Below, piece after piece: positions 28,253-38,412 of a stretch of 64,000 nt of DNA. Each line of letters begins with the position of its first letter. The stretch's first letter is position 1. Origin of the DNA: Candidatus Bathyarchaeia archaeon (GTDB lineage Archaea; Thermoproteota; Bathyarchaeia; Bathyarchaeales; DTEX01); contig JAWBXB010000001.1 of NCBI GenBank assembly GCA_038868075.1, forward strand, positions 2,872 to 66,871. Reading direction: 5' to 3'. A model generated the notes under the pieces. The model saw nothing but the letters and a program-made list of their open reading frames with translations, did no database searches and had not been told where the DNA came from. Both the position numbers and the translations under genes were made by a program.

Positions 28253-28587
28253 ATGAAAACAATCATTAGATATGAGAGGGAAATAGATTTCAGTAGGGGA
28301 GCAGCTTTTCCAACTAAAATATTATTGTCTAGGGAGGATACTGCAACAGCCAGTGTTAGATTAACCACGCTTAATGTCGGCGATAAATTGATATGCATGC
28401 GCATTCTGAAAGTGATCAAATAGAATATTGTATTAGGGGTAAAGCTGTAATGTTTATTGAGGGTTTAGGTGAGAAAGAAATAGTTGAGGGAGCATTCACC
28501 TATATTCCTAGAGGTGTAAAGCATAGCATAATTAATGTAATTGAATCAACAACTTTCCTAACGGTCTTCGTGCCACCATTATTCTAA
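28253..28587 (+). pseudogene. Cupin-domain protein split by a single frameshift inside cupin motif 1
   Basis: ATG 28253 frame reads MKTIIRYE...LTTLNVGDKLICMRILKVIK* (stop 28421). The other frame (28393..28587) reads MHAHSESDQIEYCIRGKAV...YIPRGVKHSI. Joined, they give G-x5-HxH...E...G (cupin motif 1) and motif 2 (P.G..H). The shift lies at about 28385..28396. Confidence 0.6.
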
Positions 28588-28597
28588 AGGAATAAAT

Positions 28598-28834
28598 TTA
28601 AGACTTAACAGTTGAAGCCTTCTCTCTCCCAGCCCTCTCTTCTCGCCCATAATAGGCTGTCCACTTTAGCTTACGTGGATCTCTACCTAAAACCAAATGA
28701 TTCTTCCTACACTTACTTGAGCAAAACCAGAATATTGTACCATCATTATTAACATACATTATCCCTGTTCCAGGATTAAATTCGTGACCACAAAATGAGC
28801 ATCTCCTAGGCTTAGGCACCAATCCACCCTCCAA
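28598..28834 (-). CDS. rpl24e: Ribosomal protein eL24 (L24e)
   Basis: [36 protein letters not shown]. The true start is probably the GTG at 28819, after GGAGGGTGGA. Confidence 0.9.
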   Translation of the reverse strand: MEGGLVPKPRRCSFCGHEFNPGTGIMYVNNDGTIFWFCSSKCRKNHLVLGRDPRKLKWTAYYGREERAGREKASTVKS

Positions 28835-28876
28835 ACATCAAAGATTCTCATGCTTATTCAAAAATATGAGAGAACC

Positions 28877-29122
28877 TCACTTTATCTTCCTCGCTTCTCT
28901 CTCAGTTTCCCTAAGCATTAATATATCGCCCAATCTAACAGGTCCCTTAACATTTCTAGTTATTATCCGACCCTTATCCGGACCCTCAAGTATGCGAACT
29001 CTAACCTGCTCTATCTCACCAGTCACCCCTGTTCTCCCGACTATCTGAATAACCTCAGCTGGTGTTGGAACCTCCTCGGATTCCTTTATCTCCTTAGATT
29101 CCTTTGCCTCTTTACGGCTCAA
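28877..29122 (-). CDS. rps28e: Ribosomal protein eS28 (S28e)
   Basis: [24 protein letters not shown]...[28 protein letters not shown]. Confidence 0.9.
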   Translation of the reverse strand: MSRKEAKESKEIKESEEVPTPAEVIQIVGRTGVTGEIEQVRVRILEGPDKGRIITRNVKGPVRLGDILMLRETEREARKIK

Positions 29123-29127
29123 TAATT

Positions 29128-29502
29128 TTAGCCTCCCCTAATCTTCTGAACCCTATTTATAATTTCATTTATAAGATCGGTGGCTTCACCCGTCTCCACT
29201 ATGCATACCGATGCGGCTGAAACCTCTATTCCAGCGGCTGAACCAAGCTTAGCCTTACTCGGAACGTATACATATGGCACTTTCCGCTCATCACATAATA
29301 GTGGTAGATGTGCAACAACCTCAGGTGGATCAACATCTTCAGCTATTACAACGAGCTTAGCAAGCCCTCTTTCAACAGCTTTCGTAGTTTCGTTTGTTCC
29401 TCTACGAACCTTACCTGTTCTAGCAGCTAACTGCACAGCCTCATACACGGCATTTGCCACTTCGCTCGGAACCTCAAACTTAACATAAAATGGTTTCGGC
29501 AT
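29128..29502 (-). CDS. rpl7ae: Ribosomal protein eL8/L7Ae (kink-turn binding)
   Basis: PFYVKFEVP...[32 protein letters not shown]. Confidence 0.95.
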   Translation of the reverse strand: MPKPFYVKFEVPSEVANAVYEAVQLAARTGKVRRGTNETTKAVERGLAKLVVIAEDVDPPEVVAHLPLLCDERKVPYVYVPSKAKLGSAAGIEVSAASVCIVETGEATDLINEIINRVQKIRGG

Positions 29503-29617
29503 ATTTTATCCCTCAACCTCATCAACCAATGTTTCAGTTTCATATACTTAACCCTAGAAGTATAGAGATTCTCCCTATATACGTTACGGTTCAACTTCAA
29601 AAAGTTATATAAAAAGA

Positions 29618-30886
29618 TTACGGTTCAACAACAGGAATAATGTATGGACCCTCAGGTATAATAATAATCCTCGAATCCCCGCCAACAAGGTTATAGGCCT
29701 CTCTAATAGCCTCTTCCGGACTTGACGCTGGAATCATATGCATCTCCTCAATTAAGCTATGCTTAACGCCTCTTGTAACAATGATAACTTTCATATCTCT
29801 TAATATTCTGGACAATATTTGTGCCTCCCACTGATCATTAATTGGTTCCTCTCGCTTTATTCTCTCTAAAACATCATCAGGGTTTTTAGCTTCAGCCATA
29901 AGTCTATAAAATTCTTCATGCCCTCTACCTATTCCATCAACACATTCAGCAAAGAGCACTATTACGCCACCTCTTCTGGTAACCAATTCACCAGTTGCAA
30001 TACCTTTAACGGCTTGATAAAGATCCCTATCCAGCGGGTAGCCGCCATTACTAGTTACCACAATATCCGCCTTCAAGGGCGCCTTAACCCTCACATATTT
30101 ATCTAGAAACTTAACACCCTTCAAATGTGCCCCATAAATGTCACCTGTAAAAGCTCCAATAATTCTATGCCTCTTATCAATAACGACATTAACGAGAAAC
30201 ATTTGGGTTGATATCATTCTCGCGGCTTCAACCATATCCTCATGCACAGGGTTCCCATCCAATATGCCATATCGTGAGAGAGGATGCATAATCATCTTAA
30301 AACTATGATTAGTGTAAATAGCCTCTTTACTAGAAACCCCTGGCAGAATCGATTTTCTCCCACCGCTATAACCAGCGAAGAAATGGGGTTCAATAAGCCC
30401 GGTAAGTATTACAAGATCCGATTTAAGAATAAGATTATTAACTGAAAATGTTGTTCCAAAAGATGTTTTACCAACATACGTGAGACTATTCTCGTCTTCA
30501 GCATCGTGGCTTAAAACCTCTATCTCTTTACCTAGAAACTCAACCTCTAATTCTTTAGGAGCTGGCTTATGAAGACCATACGCCACTAGAATCTTTATCT
30601 CATCCATTTTCCGCCCAGCCCTCTTTAAAACATCAATTATTAGTGGAAGGAGAATTCTATTTGGGGTAGCCCTAGTATAGTTACTAACAACAATACATAT
30701 TCTTCTTTTTTCAGCCGATGTATGCGCCAGCGGCTTACTTCTGATAGACTTATTTAGCGCCTCTCTAACAATCCCCAACTGATCAATAGCTCCATTAAAC
30801 TCAATGGATTGTAGAATGGCAACTACATTCTTATCTGGCAAATTTAGGTTAATGAGGTTTTTACCATATGGTATATTAACGATCAT
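29618..30886 (-). CDS. LarA-like nickel-pincer-dependent racemase family protein (DUF2088)
   Basis: Length and the HFFAGYSGGRKSILPG motif are typical of lactate racemase-like proteins. Confidence 0.75.
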   Translation of the reverse strand: MIVNIPYGKNLINLNLPDKNVVAILQSIEFNGAIDQLGIVREALNKSIRSKPLAHTSAEKRRICIVVSNYTRATPNRILLPLIIDVLKRAGRKMDEIKILVAYGLHKPAPKELEVEFLGKEIEVLSHDAEDENSLTYVGKTSFGTTFSVNNLILKSDLVILTGLIEPHFFAGYSGGRKSILPGVSSKEAIYTNHSFKMIMHPLSRYGILDGNPVHEDMVEAARMISTQMFLVNVVIDKRHRIIGAFTGDIYGAHLKGVKFLDKYVRVKAPLKADIVVTSNGGYPLDRDLYQAVKGIATGELVTRRGGVIVLFAECVDGIGRGHEEFYRLMAEAKNPDDVLERIKREEPINDQWEAQILSRILRDMKVIIVTRGVKHSLIEEMHMIPASSPEEAIREAYNLVGGDSRIIIIPEGPYIIPVVEP

Positions 30887-30917
30887 CTCATAAACTACCT
30901 AAAAATAATTAAAGAAA

Positions 30918-31445
30918 TCATTGCTGCCGCATTGCTGACAAACCCTTAATTACATCACTAATTATGTCAGCTACCCTAGCAAAAGTTTTCGAGTTTGTTT
31001 TTATTGAAAAATCAAAATCCGTTGGATCAACTTCTTCTTTCTTAAAGAATCTTTTGAGAATACCGTTACGATCCCTATCACTCCTTTCAACATCCTCACG
31101 AGCCTCATCTATTGGTATACCTCTCCTACTAGCAACATGCCTAATCCTCTCATCCAATGATGCATTTAAGAAAATCTTTATTATATCTTTTCGGTTCAGA
31201 AGGAAGAAGGCTGATCTGCCCTCAACTATAACATTGTCTCTCTGCAGTATTTCATCAAGCTTATTCTTTATAATCAGATCTATATCTACCTCACCTGATC
31301 CACTCAAAGCATCAAAGTCCTTTATCATCGTCAATATTTTACTCGTGTTTATGACGTCCAACCCAAGTTTTCCAGCAAGTATCTCGGCGACTTCCGTGCA
31401 TCCTGAACCTAAGTAGCCGCATATTGCTATCTTCAAATTTATCAA
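30918..31445 (-). CDS. Archaeal cytidylate kinase (Cmk)-like protein with atypical P-loop (GSGCT instead of GSGKS/T)
   Basis: IAICGYLGSGCTEVAEILAGKLGL...VIVEGRSAFFLL...IFLNASLDERIRHVASRRGIP...DFSIKTNS parallels the archaeal Cmk layout. The Walker A Lys position is Cys. Confidence 0.55.
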   Translation of the reverse strand: MINLKIAICGYLGSGCTEVAEILAGKLGLDVINTSKILTMIKDFDALSGSGEVDIDLIIKNKLDEILQRDNVIVEGRSAFFLLNRKDIIKIFLNASLDERIRHVASRRGIPIDEAREDVERSDRDRNGILKRFFKKEEVDPTDFDFSIKTNSKTFARVADIISDVIKGLSAMRQQ

Positions 31446-31512
31446 ACCCCCGAGTTTGGATAAATACTCTCTAATTTAGCGCTAATTAAATTTTCGCATC
31501 ATGGTATGTGCC

Positions 31513-33276
31513 CTATTTATGAGTAAAGAAAACAATTATTTCTTCACTTATCTTATCAACTCTAACAAAGCCGAATCGCTCAAACTGAACAATTTTATCC
31601 AGTGTAACTGAGCCAAAAGACCGCTCGGCTAAACCGTTTATCACGGAATTATCAGGCATTATAACTTTGCATGGTAATCCTTCACCCTCAGGAAGCCAGT
31701 GAATGAGTGGAGCACCAACTCTTTTCGCTTCATTATAATGTTCGCTGTGGAATGATGCCAACACATGATTCTCCTCCAACCTCTCAATTCTCACATTAAA
31801 TAATTCCATTAAGCGCACTATACCTCCAACCTTCATCTGCCCAAAATCACGTCTCGATATTAGAAAGCTAACCGCGCCATTTACTGGCTTAATATGGAAA
31901 GTTCGCTTACCTCTATCAGGATAACTTGGATGCAACGGTATCTCAGCTACAAATTCCCTTTCAACATTTCTCACAAAAAGTTTAACGGGATCCCCTATGA
32001 AGAAGAATCTGTCGGCTACTGGATCAATAATCTTCCTATTGTATGCGTAAAGATTCTCCCAGCTTAAAGTTATATCTGCCGGTCTAGGTCCAATATCAAG
32101 TATAAGTCTCTTTATGGCTTCAGGCTTTATACCCCTACGTTTTAACGCCAAGAAGGTTGCTAGTCTAGGATCATCCCAACCTATATATAAGCCCTCCCTA
32201 ACACCTCGAACAATCTTAGATTTACTCAATGAAGCACCTTCAATCTTAAGTCTCCCATAATGAATTGCCTCCGGATAATCCCAACCGAAATATCGATAAA
32301 GATACTTCTGCCTCTCCTGATTTGTTAGATGCTCCTTACCACGTATAATATGTGTTATACCCATTAAGTGATCATCAATACCGCATGCAAAATTATATAG
32401 TGGCCAAACACGATACCTTGATCCAACCCTGGGGTGGGGATACTTTTTCGTGTCTATTATTCTAAATGCCGGCCAGTCTCTAACAGCTGGATTAGGATGC
32501 TTTAAATCGGTTTTCACGCGTACAACAGCCTCGCCTTCAGCATATGCACCGCTCAACATAGCCTCCCATCGACGCATGTTTTCTTCAGGTGTTAGGTTTC
32601 TACATGAGCATGGTTTACCAACACTTATCTTAGCGCGGAAATCCTCAGGTTTACATGTACAAACATATGCATACCCATTTTTAAGCGCCATCTCAGCATA
32701 CTCATAGTAAATCTCTATTCTATCACTCTGAATATACTCCTCATCCGGGTGACAACCTAACCACTCCAAATCCTCCCTAATCAAATCCATAAACTGCAGG
32801 GAGGACTTTTTCAGTCTAGGATCCGTATCCTCAAACCTTAATATGAAGCGGCCACCATACATTCTAGCATATTCATGACATAATATAATTGCCCGTGCTG
32901 AACCAAGATGGAGAACACAATCAGGGTTTGGTGCAAAGCGGGTTACAACACGCTCATATTTCTCCACATTTGGCAATGGCGGCAAAGTTTTCTCCTCAGC
33001 TCTTTCTCCCGCCCTCTCTTCCATTAGGGCTTCAGGCCATAGAGTCTTAATAATCCTCCTCTGCTCCTCAAGCGACATACTGTTAACTTCCTGAACAATT
33101 GCATCTACAAGAGCCACTATTTCTCTAGCGAAAACTCTTAGATCAGGTCTCTCGCCAAGTAGTTTACCTAGAACAGGTTTGCTCTGTGCTTTTCCATTAT
33201 GCAAGATAGCGTTCAGCAAGGCGATTCTCTTTATTGAGTCCCTGATGGCATCTAGATCCTTAATTGACATATTCAA
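31513..33276 (-). CDS. gltX: Glutamyl-tRNA synthetase (archaeal type)
   Basis: Class I core with VVTRFAPNPDCVLHLGSARA (HIGH-like) and LSKSK (KMSKS-like). About 587 aa. Confidence 0.95.
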   Translation of the reverse strand: MNMSIKDLDAIRDSIKRIALLNAILHNGKAQSKPVLGKLLGERPDLRVFAREIVALVDAIVQEVNSMSLEEQRRIIKTLWPEALMEERAGERAEEKTLPPLPNVEKYERVVTRFAPNPDCVLHLGSARAIILCHEYARMYGGRFILRFEDTDPRLKKSSLQFMDLIREDLEWLGCHPDEEYIQSDRIEIYYEYAEMALKNGYAYVCTCKPEDFRAKISVGKPCSCRNLTPEENMRRWEAMLSGAYAEGEAVVRVKTDLKHPNPAVRDWPAFRIIDTKKYPHPRVGSRYRVWPLYNFACGIDDHLMGITHIIRGKEHLTNQERQKYLYRYFGWDYPEAIHYGRLKIEGASLSKSKIVRGVREGLYIGWDDPRLATFLALKRRGIKPEAIKRLILDIGPRPADITLSWENLYAYNRKIIDPVADRFFFIGDPVKLFVRNVEREFVAEIPLHPSYPDRGKRTFHIKPVNGAVSFLISRRDFGQMKVGGIVRLMELFNVRIERLEENHVLASFHSEHYNEAKRVGAPLIHWLPEGEGLPCKVIMPDNSVINGLAERSFGSVTLDKIVQFERFGFVRVDKISEEIIVFFTHK

Positions 33277-33310
33277 TTTAAATTAACCTCTTTATGAAGC
33301 AGTAGGAGAA

Positions 33311-34399
33311 CTAAATTCTTCTTTCAATAAGATATTCAGTGAGAATCTTAACCTTTTCTTTCGCCTCCGAATCTGGGAGAATCTCGTTAATAATCCTCCA
33401 GCCCTCGCTTACAAGTTTTGATGCCACTTCTCTAGCATATTCGATAGCACCATACTTCTTAATTATCTCAATAGCTCTCATTCTAAGCTTCTCATCCCTG
33501 GTATGCATGCTAAGTATCTTCAGTAGCTCCTCCCTATCCTTTTGATCCGCTTTTCGGAATGAATGAATGACCATTAAAGTTAGTTTCCCCTCAGTTATGT
33601 CCATCCCTAAGCCACCCTTACCCTTAGCGAACTCTTCACCAACAATATCCAATATGTCATCTTGAATCTGAAATGCTATACCTATGGATTCGGCGAAAAA
33701 ACCTATTTTCTCAACAACCTCATCATCTGCGCCAGCCAATACTGCAGCCATTTTAGCAGCCAATCTAGCCAATGTCCCAGTTTTATAAGCGCACATCTGC
33801 AGGTAATGACCCTCAGTCAGCTTCTCAGCCTCAATAAGCCCTCTATGCCACGCTATATCAATAGCCTGCCCAAAGCTTAAATTAATCATCTCCTGCACAT
33901 ATATCTCATAAATTCTTCTAGCCCTATCAGGCGGAATTTTATCACGCTTCTCACTTAAAACTATCATCGGTAGAAAGAACATGGCTTGTGAGAGATTTAC
34001 GGCTATATCAACACCAAATATCTTGTATGTGCACGGTTTACCCCTTCTCATCTCTGACGAATCCTCAATATCATCAGCTATTAATGTGCCATTATGAATA
34101 ATCTCAGGTATTATAGCGAAGTCCAATATCTCCGTAGGGTCGCCGCCTAAAGCCTCATAAAGCAGCAAGAAAAGAGCTGGACGCCAGCGCTTACCACCCC
34201 TATCAAGAAACTCCCACAGCGGCTCATTCACAGTCTTATTTAATGCTTCAAAATCTAAACGGTATCTTGGCGGAATAATTTTGAAGAGAAAAGATTCATC
34301 TGAGAAAAGTCGAGGTATATACTTCTCGATATGCTCATTTATTAACTTAGCCTTCTCCTCAAGAAAACCCTCTATATCTATTTGACTCATACCTATCAC
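33311..34399 (-). CDS. Polyprenyl (geranylgeranyl) diphosphate synthase
   Basis: First and second Asp-rich motifs: LIADDIEDSSEMRRG and FQIQDDILD. Confidence 0.85.
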   Translation of the reverse strand: MIGMSQIDIEGFLEEKAKLINEHIEKYIPRLFSDESFLFKIIPPRYRLDFEALNKTVNEPLWEFLDRGGKRWRPALFLLLYEALGGDPTEILDFAIIPEIIHNGTLIADDIEDSSEMRRGKPCTYKIFGVDIAVNLSQAMFFLPMIVLSEKRDKIPPDRARRIYEIYVQEMINLSFGQAIDIAWHRGLIEAEKLTEGHYLQMCAYKTGTLARLAAKMAAVLAGADDEVVEKIGFFAESIGIAFQIQDDILDIVGEEFAKGKGGLGMDITEGKLTLMVIHSFRKADQKDREELLKILSMHTRDEKLRMRAIEIIKKYGAIEYAREVASKLVSEGWRIINEILPDSEAKEKVKILTEYLIERRI

Positions 34400-35523
34400 C
34401 TCCTAGCATATATTTCAGGATTAAAGCCTCTAACTCTAAGCCACTCAGCCGTTTTCCCCAATATTATTAAGGGCACATTCCTCAGCTTCTCAATTGAATT
34501 TGCCCCAACTAGAAACATAACATTCCTTAACTGATTAATAAGTGTGCATAAAGTTTTCTCAGTCTCCTCATAGCTCTTAGACGCTGCTACAAGAATTGGA
34601 CGGGCAATCCCAGCCAAAGAAGCCCCCAAAGCTATAGATTTAGCTATGTCTAAACCCGACCTTATTCCCCCGGAAGCTATGACTGGTAGATTAACGGATT
34701 GCACAACCTCAATTAAGCTTATGGCTGTTGGTATACCCCAATCCCAAAGCATTAACCCTAGGTCACGGCTAAATGCGTCACCACGCTCAATAGCCCTGTA
34801 ACATTCAACAGCAGCCCAGCTTGTTCCACCAGCTCCAGAAACATCTATGCATGCGACGCCAGCCTCCGCCAGCATTCTGGCAACCTCAGCCGATATTCCA
34901 CTGCCAGTCTCCTTAACTATTACGGGCACATCTAAGACGCTAATTATATTCCTTATTTTATTTATTATTCCAGCGTAAACAGCCTCACCCTCAGGCTGAA
35001 CAGCCTCCTGGAGAGGATTCAGATGTATTGCCAGAGCATCAGCCTCAATTGCTTCAACAGCTAACTTAATCTTTTTAAGATCGTATTCCGCAGCAATCTG
35101 CGGTCCACCAATATTGGATATTATGAAGGCTTTAGGCGCCTTCTCCCTAACAATCCTATATGTTCTCTCTAGGCTAGGTTTTTCAAGCGCTGCCCGTTGA
35201 CTTCCAACACCCATCCCTAAACCAAGCTTCTCAACAACCTGAGCTATCACGGCATTTATCTCCATAGCCTTCTCAGTTCCACCAGTCATCCCCTCAACTA
35301 TTATCGGCGCTGAGAATCTGTGATTAAGAAAAACTGTATCAGTCTTAACATCACTCAAGTTTATTTCTGGAAGAGCCCTATGCACAAAAAATACGTCCTC
35401 AAAGCCCGTCGTTATCTCCTTTGCCTCAACATTCCGCTCAAGGCAGATCCGTATATGCTCATCCTTCCTATTTTTTATCTGATTGATTAACCTATCATCC
35501 TCTGATGATTCTTGTCCCAACAA
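34396..35523 (-). CDS. fni: Isopentenyl-diphosphate delta-isomerase type 2 (FMN-dependent)
   Basis: TIM-barrel IDI-2 pattern (MTGG, ETGSGIS, SGAGGTSWA, ASGGIRSGLD). 4-nt overlap with the downstream gene. Confidence 0.9.
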   Translation of the reverse strand: MLGQESSEDDRLINQIKNRKDEHIRICLERNVEAKEITTGFEDVFFVHRALPEINLSDVKTDTVFLNHRFSAPIIVEGMTGGTEKAMEINAVIAQVVEKLGLGMGVGSQRAALEKPSLERTYRIVREKAPKAFIISNIGGPQIAAEYDLKKIKLAVEAIEADALAIHLNPLQEAVQPEGEAVYAGIINKIRNIISVLDVPVIVKETGSGISAEVARMLAEAGVACIDVSGAGGTSWAAVECYRAIERGDAFSRDLGLMLWDWGIPTAISLIEVVQSVNLPVIASGGIRSGLDIAKSIALGASLAGIARPILVAASKSYEETEKTLCTLINQLRNVMFLVGANSIEKLRNVPLIILGKTAEWLRVRGFNPEIYARR

Positions 35524-36295
35524 CTTCTTCTCCCCTTAAAGCTCTATAAATATTGTTTGGCTTTAGCGCATTAACTATAAGAACCTCAATGCCATTCATG
35601 ACAGGAACCTTTAACTCACGGATTTTCCCCAGCATACCGCCAGTTACATCAATTGACCTAGAGCCGCCAAGCATGCTCATTAAACTCTCCAATCTATCAA
35701 TAGTTAAATATGTAATTAATTGTGCTTCTGGACTGATCTTTGGATCCGCGGTATATAAACCATCTACATCAACGCCGATAATAATCCTATTAGCATTCAA
35801 TTCAATAGCTAATTTAGATAAGATTTGATCACCTGAAAGAATGGTGAATCCCAATTCATAATCTAGGACTGCATCACCATATAAGACTGGAATAAAACCT
35901 AGTTTAAGAGCCACCGCCAGCGGATCTTTATGAATATACTGGATTCTACCACGCCTAGTAATTATGAGGGATGAAGGCGCTATACTAAAAGCTGGAAGCC
36001 CCTCACCAACCAAGGCTTCAACAACAAGCATATTTAACGCCATCATTGCATTATGCGTCCTAGAAAAGCCTTCCAACTGACTTTTATCCATAAATCCCTC
36101 AACAATATGATACTTAGCGGCTAACGGATGTCCAAAACTTCCACCTCCATGAACTATTATTAGCGGCGAAACCTGTGAGCTAGCTATCTCCTCAGCCAGC
36201 CTCCTTATCGCGGAAGTATTAGGTGTCAAAGCTTTATCCTTCACTGTTATAACTGACCCGCCTAGCTTAAGCATTATTAAACCATTATTCCTCAA
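35495..36295 (-). CDS. Isopentenyl phosphate kinase
   Basis: Amino-acid-kinase fold: MLKLGGSVITVKDK...IVHGGGSFGH. Located within the mevalonate operon. Confidence 0.85.
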   Translation of the reverse strand: MRNNGLIMLKLGGSVITVKDKALTPNTSAIRRLAEEIASSQVSPLIIVHGGGSFGHPLAAKYHIVEGFMDKSQLEGFSRTHNAMMALNMLVVEALVGEGLPAFSIAPSSLIITRRGRIQYIHKDPLAVALKLGFIPVLYGDAVLDYELGFTILSGDQILSKLAIELNANRIIIGVDVDGLYTADPKISPEAQLITYLTIDRLESLMSMLGGSRSIDVTGGMLGKIRELKVPVMNGIEVLIVNALKPNNIYRALRGEEVVGTRIIRG

Positions 36296-37271
36296 TCTTA
36301 ACCCCCTCCAGAGCCCTACTGGTCACAAAAGATTCACCCCCAGCTCGCTCAATAGCCTCTGCAACACGCTGGGTATTCTCTGGTAATGATAATGCAATAA
36401 CGCAGCCTCCGCCACCAGCCCCAGTCAACTTAGCCCCCAATGCACCAGCCCTCCTAGCTGCACTAATAAGTCTCTCAATGGCTTCATTAGAGACTCCTAT
36501 GGCATATAAAAGCGCATGATTAATATTCATTAAGTCACCTAGCGCCCTTAAATCGCCCCTCTTAAGAGCCTCAATGCCTAGAGTGGCAATGGAATCTCCA
36601 GCATCCATAATCTTATCAATCACTGACTGATAACGCCTCCTCATATTACTAACATATAAAACCATCTCTCCAGTCATCCTTTCAATACGGGTATTACCTA
36701 CAATAAGCGGCAGATTTACTTCTATATCTAACCTCTTTATTCCCTCACCCCTTCGATAAATTAGGATTCCACCATAGGTTGAGGTTGCCGGATCAACGCC
36801 TGATGGATTCCCATGAACAATCCTCTCAGATTCAAATGCTAATTTAAAGATTTGATCTTTATTAAGGTCTACTTCTAGGAGGTTAAGTATGGCAGCTGCT
36901 GACGCAACAGATACGGCTGCCGATGAACCTAATCCAGCAGCTACGGGAATCAGCGAGTCAACTTCGATTTCAAGCCCCATCCTCTCGCCGAATGAATCCA
37001 TAATGTTCCTTGCGATAGCATATAATGGCTTAAACTTAACTTCACCATCTAATCCTCCCTCAATCGGCTGATATTTACCGTTAAATGTAAAGGCTCCTGA
37101 AGACCCTATTAAGTTAGATTTAATAAATATTTTGTCATCTGACCTCGGCTTTACAGTCACATATGCCCTTCTATCAATTGCCATAACAACAGCCATCTTA
37201 TCATACACAACAAAATGCTCGCCAAATAAGATAACTTTCGCGGGTGCTGAAGCTCTAGAATAAGCCTTCAA
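36285..37271 (-). CDS. mvk: Mevalonate kinase
   Basis: GHMP kinase motifs APAKVILFGEHFVV and PVAAGLGSSAA, and KLTGAGGGGC. Confidence 0.9.
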   Translation of the reverse strand: MKAYSRASAPAKVILFGEHFVVYDKMAVVMAIDRRAYVTVKPRSDDKIFIKSNLIGSSGAFTFNGKYQPIEGGLDGEVKFKPLYAIARNIMDSFGERMGLEIEVDSLIPVAAGLGSSAAVSVASAAAILNLLEVDLNKDQIFKLAFESERIVHGNPSGVDPATSTYGGILIYRRGEGIKRLDIEVNLPLIVGNTRIERMTGEMVLYVSNMRRRYQSVIDKIMDAGDSIATLGIEALKRGDLRALGDLMNINHALLYAIGVSNEAIERLISAARRAGALGAKLTGAGGGGCVIALSLPENTQRVAEAIERAGGESFVTSRALEGVKIEE

Positions 37272-37282
37272 TATTGACCCCT

Positions 37283-38158
37283 TTACCTAGTTACTGCTAT
37301 AGCCGCGTAACCAACAACGGCTGAGAGATCACCAGTTATATCACCGCTAGTTTTATAGCTCAGTAGATCAGCGCTTTTAGCCCCTAGCCTCTTCACAGCT
37401 GTTATCATAGCTATTACGGGACCGTATCCGCACGCCGTTACATTGCGTGATTCTATAATATGATAGAATAGATCCTCATCGAGATTAAGAATTGCGTTTA
37501 TTGCCTCCCTATCCTTTTCACTTGCCCTTTTATGAGGCTCGTAATGGGTCATATCGGTTGAAGCTATTATAACGGCGTTTTTATCTTTAAGGGCTTCAGC
37601 AAGCGCCCGACCGACTTCACGTCCGGTCTCTAAGTCCTGCATTAGAAAACATATTGGGACAAATTTAAGCTGTGAACCATAAATATACTGTAGGAATGGT
37701 AGTTGAACTTCTATTGAGTGCTCATATACATGTGCTGACTCATCGATATCGATTATCTCCGAATAACGAATAATCTCCTTAGCCGTATCACCATCCACCT
37801 CGATATCTCCTAAAGGTGTACGCCAGACACCGCGATTCATAATTGCAACCCCGCTCCCAATTCCTTGATGGTTCGGACCTAAAATCACGAATACATCAGC
37901 CCGACCATCTAAAGCGAGCTGATAATATGCATTAGCAGCTACCGAGCCAGAATACATGTATCCAGCATGTGGACAAACAAGACCAATTATTCTCCTAGAA
38001 CCCTTTTCGGGAACCACAGGAAGTTTCCCCGGACCAAACCTATGCATAAAACACTCCTCTATCTGTCTTCTTAAAGAATCCCTTGAGCCAGCATAGAAGC
38101 TCCCAGCATATCTGGCATATCTAATCTTAGCTGACAAACCTTTTTCTTCCCCCCTCAA
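37283..38158 (-). CDS. MEMO1-family protein (AmmeMemoRadiSam system protein B)
   Basis: YAGSFYAG...VCPHAGYMYSG...EHS.EVQLPFLQ pattern. Confidence 0.85.
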   Translation of the reverse strand: MRGEEKGLSAKIRYARYAGSFYAGSRDSLRRQIEECFMHRFGPGKLPVVPEKGSRRIIGLVCPHAGYMYSGSVAANAYYQLALDGRADVFVILGPNHQGIGSGVAIMNRGVWRTPLGDIEVDGDTAKEIIRYSEIIDIDESAHVYEHSIEVQLPFLQYIYGSQLKFVPICFLMQDLETGREVGRALAEALKDKNAVIIASTDMTHYEPHKRASEKDREAINAILNLDEDLFYHIIESRNVTACGYGPVIAMITAVKRLGAKSADLLSYKTSGDITGDLSAVVGYAAIAVTR

Positions 38159-38283
38159 TGCTCCAAAATAGACTCTTACATAACGGAGTATAAAATATTA
38201 ACCCCTATGAGACCTAATCATCAGAGCGCCATATAAACTGATAATGTTTACTACGATTCACCTCTTATACTGGATATCGGTCC

Positions 38284-38412
38284 TCAATAAATTACTTTTA
38301 TAACATTATTGCAATATGGACATATTGTAGTACTTCCACTATCAGGGAATTTTAGTGGTGCACCACATGTAGGGCATTTAAACGTCTGTAATATTACTCC
38401 ACCCTGTTTCAT
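38284..38412 (-). CDS. Small (42 aa) zinc-ribbon ORF
   Basis: Own translation: MKQGGVILQTFKCPTCGAPLKFPDSGSTTICPYCNNVIKVIY*. CPxCG...CPYC ribbon. Below the ORF-track cutoff. May be a remnant of a larger gene. Confidence 0.35.
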   Translation of the reverse strand: MKQGGVILQTFKCPTCGAPLKFPDSGSTTICPYCNNVIKVIY

